From a bacterium (GTDB lineage: Bacteria > Patescibacteriota > Minisyncoccia > Sungbacterales > SURF-37), in assembly GCA_030648055.1 (NCBI GenBank), contig JAUSHI010000009.1, positions 112,769 through 176,768 of the forward strand: a DNA stretch of 64,000 nt, read 5' to 3'. Made by a program: the position numbers and the translations under genes. The notes under the pieces are model-generated. The model was not told the origin of the DNA. It saw only the letters and a list, made by a program, of their open reading frames with translations, and did not search any database. Shown here in pieces: positions 59,576 through 64,000 of this stretch (positions are counted from its first letter, which is position 1; each line of letters begins with the position of its first letter).

Positions 59576-59812
59576 ATGGCAAAGGTTAAAATTTATACCA
59601 CCCCGACATGTGTTTATTGCAAAATGGCAAAGGCCTTTTTTAAGGAGCACAATGTTGAGTATTCGGAAGTTAATGTTGCCACCGACGCTAAAGAGCGCGA
59701 GGAGATGGTTAAAAAATCGGGCCAGCTTGGCGTGCCGGTTATTGATGTTGACGGTCAGGTAACCGTAGGCTTTGACCAGACACGGCTTTCTGAATTATTG
59801 GGAATCAAATAA
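59576..59812 (+). CDS. Glutaredoxin/NrdH-like small redoxin
   Basis: 78 aa. KIYTTPTCVYCKMAK, GVPVI. Confidence 0.85.
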   Translation: MAKVKIYTTPTCVYCKMAKAFFKEHNVEYSEVNVATDAKEREEMVKKSGQLGVPVIDVDGQVTVGFDQTRLSELLGIK

Positions 59813-59829
59813 TTTCACGGCTGACTTTT

Positions 59830-60087
59830 ATGGCGCTTTTAGAATTTTACGGTATGGAATGTTCGCATTGCGAGAACATGCATCCGCTCGTGGAACGACT
59901 TCAGAATGAAGCGGGTATTAAGGTTGATAAGTATGAAGTGTGGCATAATAAGGAGAATGCAAAAAAATTAGAAGAGTATGACAAAAATTTATGTGGCGGG
60001 GTACCGTTTTTCTATAATGTCGAGACTAAAGATTTTATTTGCGGCGAGGCGGATTATGGCCGACTAAAAAAGTGGGCGAACGTGTGA
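59830..60087 (+). CDS. Thioredoxin-fold small protein (CSHC)
   Basis: 85 aa. EFYGMECSHCENM, GGVPFF. Confidence 0.65.
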   Translation: MALLEFYGMECSHCENMHPLVERLQNEAGIKVDKYEVWHNKENAKKLEEYDKNLCGGVPFFYNVETKDFICGEADYGRLKKWANV

Positions 60088-60102
60088 AATAAAAAAAATA
60101 TT

Positions 60103-61071
60103 ATGGGAATGCGTGAACAAATAGTAAATTTTAATAAGCAGTTTGCTTTTGAGCCGGAAATAAAAAACGCGGCGAATTTAAGAAAGTATAAAAAGTTTAT
60201 TGTGGCCGGCATGGGCGGCTCACATCTTGCCGGCGACCTTATTAAAGGATGGATGCCGGAGCTTGATATTGTTATTAATTCCGATTACGGTCTTCCAACA
60301 ATTAATGAATCGCGCAAGTCCGAAACACTTTTAATAGCGAGTTCTTATTCCGGAAACACAGAGGAAACATTAGACGCATTTAAAAAAGCTCAAGAGGAAA
60401 ATATCTCCATTGCCGTTGTTGCCGCTGGCGGGGAACTGCTCCGGCTTGCCGACGAGACCGGCAGTCCTTATGTACAATTGCCTGATACCGGAATTCAGCC
60501 AAGAATGGCAACTGGTTTCAGTTTCAAAGCTCTTTTGAAGCTTATGGGTCAAGAAGACGCACTGAAAGAAGTAACGGCTTTGGCCGGTACTCTCAAACCA
60601 TCGGAGTACGAGGACGAAGGCAAAGCGCTTGCTGAAAGATTACGAGGGCATATTCCCGTGATATATTCTTCCAGCCGGAATCGCGCCACTGCTTATAATT
60701 GGAAAATAAAATTCAATGAGACTGGTAAAATTCCTGCCTTTTGCAACGCATTTCCTGAATTGAATCACAATGAGATGACGGGCTTTGATATTCAGGAAGC
60801 AACCAGTGATTTATCCAAGAACTTCTATTTCATTATTCTAAGAGACAGAAATGATCATCCGAAAATTTTAAAGAGGATGGAAGTTATGGCGGGACTTCTT
60901 AAAAAAAGAGGCTTGCCTCCGGAGTTCGTGGAATTAAAAGGCAAAAACATTTTTGAAAAAATGTTTGCTTCACTCGTGCTCGCTGATTGGGTCGCTTTGT
61001 ATACGGCAGAAGGGTATGGAGTTGAGTCCGAAAAGGTGCCAATGGTTGAGGAATTTAAAAAGTTAATATGA
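60103..61071 (+). CDS. Bifunctional phosphoglucose/phosphomannose isomerase-type SIS protein
   Basis: 322 aa. GMGGSHLAGDL, SYSGNTEET, NHNEM pattern. Confidence 0.8.
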   Translation: MGMREQIVNFNKQFAFEPEIKNAANLRKYKKFIVAGMGGSHLAGDLIKGWMPELDIVINSDYGLPTINESRKSETLLIASSYSGNTEETLDAFKKAQEENISIAVVAAGGELLRLADETGSPYVQLPDTGIQPRMATGFSFKALLKLMGQEDALKEVTALAGTLKPSEYEDEGKALAERLRGHIPVIYSSSRNRATAYNWKIKFNETGKIPAFCNAFPELNHNEMTGFDIQEATSDLSKNFYFIILRDRNDHPKILKRMEVMAGLLKKRGLPPEFVELKGKNIFEKMFASLVLADWVALYTAEGYGVESEKVPMVEEFKKLI

Positions 61072-61093
61072 TATGATGTATCGGCGTTATGAA

Positions 61094-61214
61094 TCCCGTT
61101 AGAAGCCGTGGTCGCAGTATCGGAAATACATATTTAGTAATAGATGAAAAAGAAAATTTTAGAGTATCAACATAATAACTGGCAGGCGCTGACCGCGACC
61201 TGCTTCTAACGGGA
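61094..61214 (+). repeat. Palindromic MITE-like element, family C copy 3
   Basis: TCCCGTTAGAAGC..GCTTCTAACGGGA ends, flanked by TGAA|TGAA. Its last A plus TG forms ATG 61214. Confidence 0.65.
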
Positions 61215-61768
61215 TGAATGAAAAAGAACTGCGCATCTCTCGGGCAACAAAAAGAAAAATAATAAAACGTCTTGGCATATTGGCGGTAATAGTTTTAGTA
61301 TTCGCGGGTTTTACGTTTTGGCTCATCATTTATTTTTCAAATAGCGGAAAGAACCTGCCCGGTACCCTGTATCCCCAAACAGGCAGGACTCACATTCTCG
61401 CTGGCACTCATAACCCAAACTATAATTCTAATCCCCCGACTTCCGGAAATCATTGGGCGAATCCAGCCGATTGGGGTGTATATGATAAGGAGCTTCCTGA
61501 CGAGGAGGTGATTCACAATTTAGAGCATGGCGGGATATGGATTTCCTATAAGCCGGATATTTCAGAGGACATTCGCAAAAAACTTGAAGGGTTTTACCAA
61601 AAATTTGGAAGCCATATTATTATTACTCCGCGCTCAGCAAATGACGCCGATATCGCTCTTGCCGCCTGGCAGAGACTGGATAAATTTAATGTAGCGGATT
61701 ATTCGGATGAGCGCGTGGACAAGTTTATAAAAGCATATAGAAATAAGGGACCGGAATACGTTCCCTGA
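61214..61768 (+). CDS. DUF3105-like membrane-anchored protein
   Basis: TM helix, PPTSGNHW, HNLEHGGIWISY pattern. Confidence 0.7.
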   Translation: MNEKELRISRATKRKIIKRLGILAVIVLVFAGFTFWLIIYFSNSGKNLPGTLYPQTGRTHILAGTHNPNYNSNPPTSGNHWANPADWGVYDKELPDEEVIHNLEHGGIWISYKPDISEDIRKKLEGFYQKFGSHIIITPRSANDADIALAAWQRLDKFNVADYSDERVDKFIKAYRNKGPEYVP

Positions 61769-61784
61769 TGGCTCTTGGCATACT

Positions 61785-62552
61785 ATGGAAGAATTACATC
61801 AAAAAATTTTGGAAGCACCAAAAGATGCCAATTTGGAAGCGAGCGAGTGGTTTGACCGTAAATGGGTGACTGCGCGTTTTAAGGAAGGCAAAATAGATTG
61901 GGAAGTGCGCGCGAGAGAAGGTTTCCATCCAGTTGAGGAAATAAAGAGGGTGGAAGGACCGACGATTGAAGTTGCCGGTCCAACCGATGAGGGTTTCTTT
62001 TTTCACGATATCAGAAAGAATATTACCCGGCCGGGCAAACTAGATCTTTTTAAAGAACGGGAAGTGTTTGTTTCTAATTTGTATCCCGGTAGGTCTGAAT
62101 TCGCGATGGGAAAATTCAATCGTTTTGTGGGAATGGCGGATTTTATTGCCGACGCGCGAGAACTTCCCATAAAAGAAGGAAGGGTTGCGGCTTTATTCTG
62201 TTCATGTCTCGGTCAAATGGGACAAAAGGGGCGAGAAGAGATGAGGCGCTTGGGTTTTGAGAAAACAGCCCTGCGCCTTGAGTCGGAGAAGAAGGCCGCA
62301 AGCGGGAGAAATCGCTTAGAAAATAGTATAAAAGGAAGCACGCGCCTCCGTGAGGAAGTTATCCAAGAGGTTCAGCGGGTACTAAAAGAGGGAGGATTGC
62401 TGGTGTGGCAGGGCGGCATGTTGGACGATCTTAAGTTCGCGTTGAATAACGGTTTTATTCTTTTGCAGATAGAACAAAGAAAAACGGTAAGCGGCGGCGA
62501 GTTGTCCCCAAAGATGATTTTTCAGAAAAGGCATACTATAAAAGAAAAGTAG
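61785..62552 (+). CDS. Hypothetical protein (possible class I methyltransferase-like fold)
   Basis: 255 aa. IEVAGPTDEG and LKEGGLLVWQGG faintly resemble SAM-MTase motifs I and post-III. Confidence 0.4.
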   Translation: MEELHQKILEAPKDANLEASEWFDRKWVTARFKEGKIDWEVRAREGFHPVEEIKRVEGPTIEVAGPTDEGFFFHDIRKNITRPGKLDLFKEREVFVSNLYPGRSEFAMGKFNRFVGMADFIADARELPIKEGRVAALFCSCLGQMGQKGREEMRRLGFEKTALRLESEKKAASGRNRLENSIKGSTRLREEVIQEVQRVLKEGGLLVWQGGMLDDLKFALNNGFILLQIEQRKTVSGGELSPKMIFQKRHTIKEK

Positions 62553-62556
62553 AATT

Positions 62557-63531
62557 ATGTTATACGACGTAATCATTATTGGCGCGGGACCGGCCGGAGT
62601 AGCGGCCGCTATTTACGCCGCGCGGAAAAAACTGAAAATTCTTCTCGTTACCGAATCATTTGGCGGGCAATCAATAGTGTCGGATGATATCCAGAATTGG
62701 ATAGGTGAGACGCATATTTCCGGCTTTGATTTGGCGCGAAAACTTGAAGCCCACGTGCGCTCTTTTTCGGATGCTGTTGAGGTTGCTATCAAGGAGCGTG
62801 CAAAAAGTGTTCGCGAGATTGTATGCAACGATGCAGGAAGGGTGTGCGATTTTGAAGTGGAAACAGAGTCGGGTAAAAAGTTCCAAACAAAAAGCATTAT
62901 TATTACCGCGGGTGCTCGGAGAAAAAAACTTGGAGTGTCGGGCGAAGATCGCTTATCGGGCAAAGGCGTGGCATATTGCTCAACCTGTGACGCGCCACTT
63001 TTTTCCGATAAAATGGTGGCTGTTATCGGCGGGGGTAATGCCGGGCTTGAATCGGTTATTGACCTTTTTCCGTATGCCGCAGGCATATATCTTTTGGAAT
63101 ACGGCGAACAGCTGAAAGGAGATCCGGTAACGCAAGAAGAGATGAAAAAGAACCCGAAACTTAAAGAAATTATTTTTAACGCTCAAATTTTAGAAATTTT
63201 GGGAGATAAGTTTGTTGGCGGTCTTAAATATAAAGATAAAAAAACAGGAAAAGAAGAAATACTTGATGTTGAAGGCGTTTTTGTTGAAATAGGTTCAGTG
63301 CCCAATTCAGAAATAGTGGAAGACCTGGTTAAGCTTGATAAGTGGGGGCAGGTGATTATTGATTCAAAATACGCCTCAACAAGTCATGCTGGAGTTTTCG
63401 CGGCGGGCGATATTACCGATGATCCGTTTAAACAAAATAACGTTTCGGTGGGGGATGGGGTTAAGGCCGCGCTTTCCGCTTATGCTTATCTGCTTAATTT
63501 GAGTAGGCAGAGCCCGGCTGAGGAAAAATAA
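62557..63531 (+). CDS. trxB: Thioredoxin-disulfide reductase
   Basis: YDVIIIGAGPAG, redox-active CSTCD, VIGGGNAGLE, AAGD. Confidence 0.93.
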   Translation: MLYDVIIIGAGPAGVAAAIYAARKKLKILLVTESFGGQSIVSDDIQNWIGETHISGFDLARKLEAHVRSFSDAVEVAIKERAKSVREIVCNDAGRVCDFEVETESGKKFQTKSIIITAGARRKKLGVSGEDRLSGKGVAYCSTCDAPLFSDKMVAVIGGGNAGLESVIDLFPYAAGIYLLEYGEQLKGDPVTQEEMKKNPKLKEIIFNAQILEILGDKFVGGLKYKDKKTGKEEILDVEGVFVEIGSVPNSEIVEDLVKLDKWGQVIIDSKYASTSHAGVFAAGDITDDPFKQNNVSVGDGVKAALSAYAYLLNLSRQSPAEEK

Positions 63532-63557
63532 AAACGAGAGCAGTGCTCTCGCTTGGG

Positions 63558-63935
63558 TTAAGCCCAAAAAGGCCAAAGAAGGATACTTCTAATACAGGAT
63601 GTGATGATTATTCTGCGGTCAGAAATTGAATCAACAAGGCTTGAGGCATTCGTTGGTCCGTATGCCGCACTAAGATGCTCATAGATTCTATGGCGTTCAA
63701 GGGCAACTGCTGCTTTTGCGGGTGTCGGATAAGTTACTTTACTTGCGGCGTTGAACGCAAACCGGTCTGTCTTATTGGCAGCACCCTCATACTGTTCAAA
63801 GTAATCTGATATCTTTACTTGTTTTTTGCCTTTTCGCCGCCAGTCGTAATAGGTTAATAGTTGGGCGGTTATAACCAACCCGGTGCCGGTTATAAGATAG
63901 GAGAGCAACATAAATGCAATAATCGTGACCGCCAT
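63558..63935 (-). CDS. Hypothetical membrane-anchored protein
   Basis: 125 aa with an N-terminal TM helix. Minus-strand terminator hairpin CGAGAGC/GCTCTCG plus a T-run downstream. Confidence 0.45.
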   Translation of the reverse strand: MAVTIIAFMLLSYLITGTGLVITAQLLTYYDWRRKGKKQVKISDYFEQYEGAANKTDRFAFNAASKVTYPTPAKAAVALERHRIYEHLSAAYGPTNASSLVDSISDRRIIITSCIRSILLWPFWA

Positions 63936-64000
63936 ACTTTTTCCCCCTCGGCTTTCGTTTTGAATGAGCTTTAAATAATATATATTGTTAATACATAAGT

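Overview
This window reads as a streamlined, AT-leaning chromosome segment from a Candidate Phyla Radiation (Patescibacteria/Parcubacteria-like) bacterium. That assignment is an inference from gene content: an S10/spc operon without L30, a split ComEC, a bifunctional PGI/PMI-type isomerase, and many small orphan ORFs. The backbone is comEC, rpmB, the str operon (rpsL-rpsG-fusA-tuf), the S10/spc operon (rpsJ through rplO-secY, then map), gatB, tRNA-Gly(CCC), RNase P RNA, rnhA-recJ-pgk, ndh, tpiA, dedA, galT, a GT2 gene, ruvX, holB, frr, tlyA, a SET-domain gene, rseP, and a thiol-redox block ending in trxB. Main observations: (1) A family of ~200-nt structured elements sits exactly between stop and start codons at three junctions inside the ribosomal-protein operon. 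The copies show compensatory base changes and share a 31-codon mini-ORF, and a divergent fourth copy lies on the other strand. (2) Two families of palindromic MITE-like elements sit on TGA/ATGA gene boundaries and regenerate the start or stop codon they interrupt. (3) A ~2.3-kb insertion in the 3' end of ndh is marked by a duplicated gene end and carries a 635-aa orphan. (4) A GC-rich lipoprotein islet lies next to a decayed transposase. (5) Nucleoside/nucleotide-salvage-type genes are unusually dense: five NDT/DUF4406-like domains, two Nudix genes, a T4-type dNMP kinase in the slot where adk normally sits, an oversized relocated adk-like gene, and two tandem Cys-cluster N-glycosidase-like paralogues. 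(6) Orphan genes, one of them antisense, interrupt the normally contiguous str and S10 operons. I saw no CRISPR array, no intact transposase or integrase, and no rRNA. All functional calls rest on motif recognition by eye; no database search was possible.
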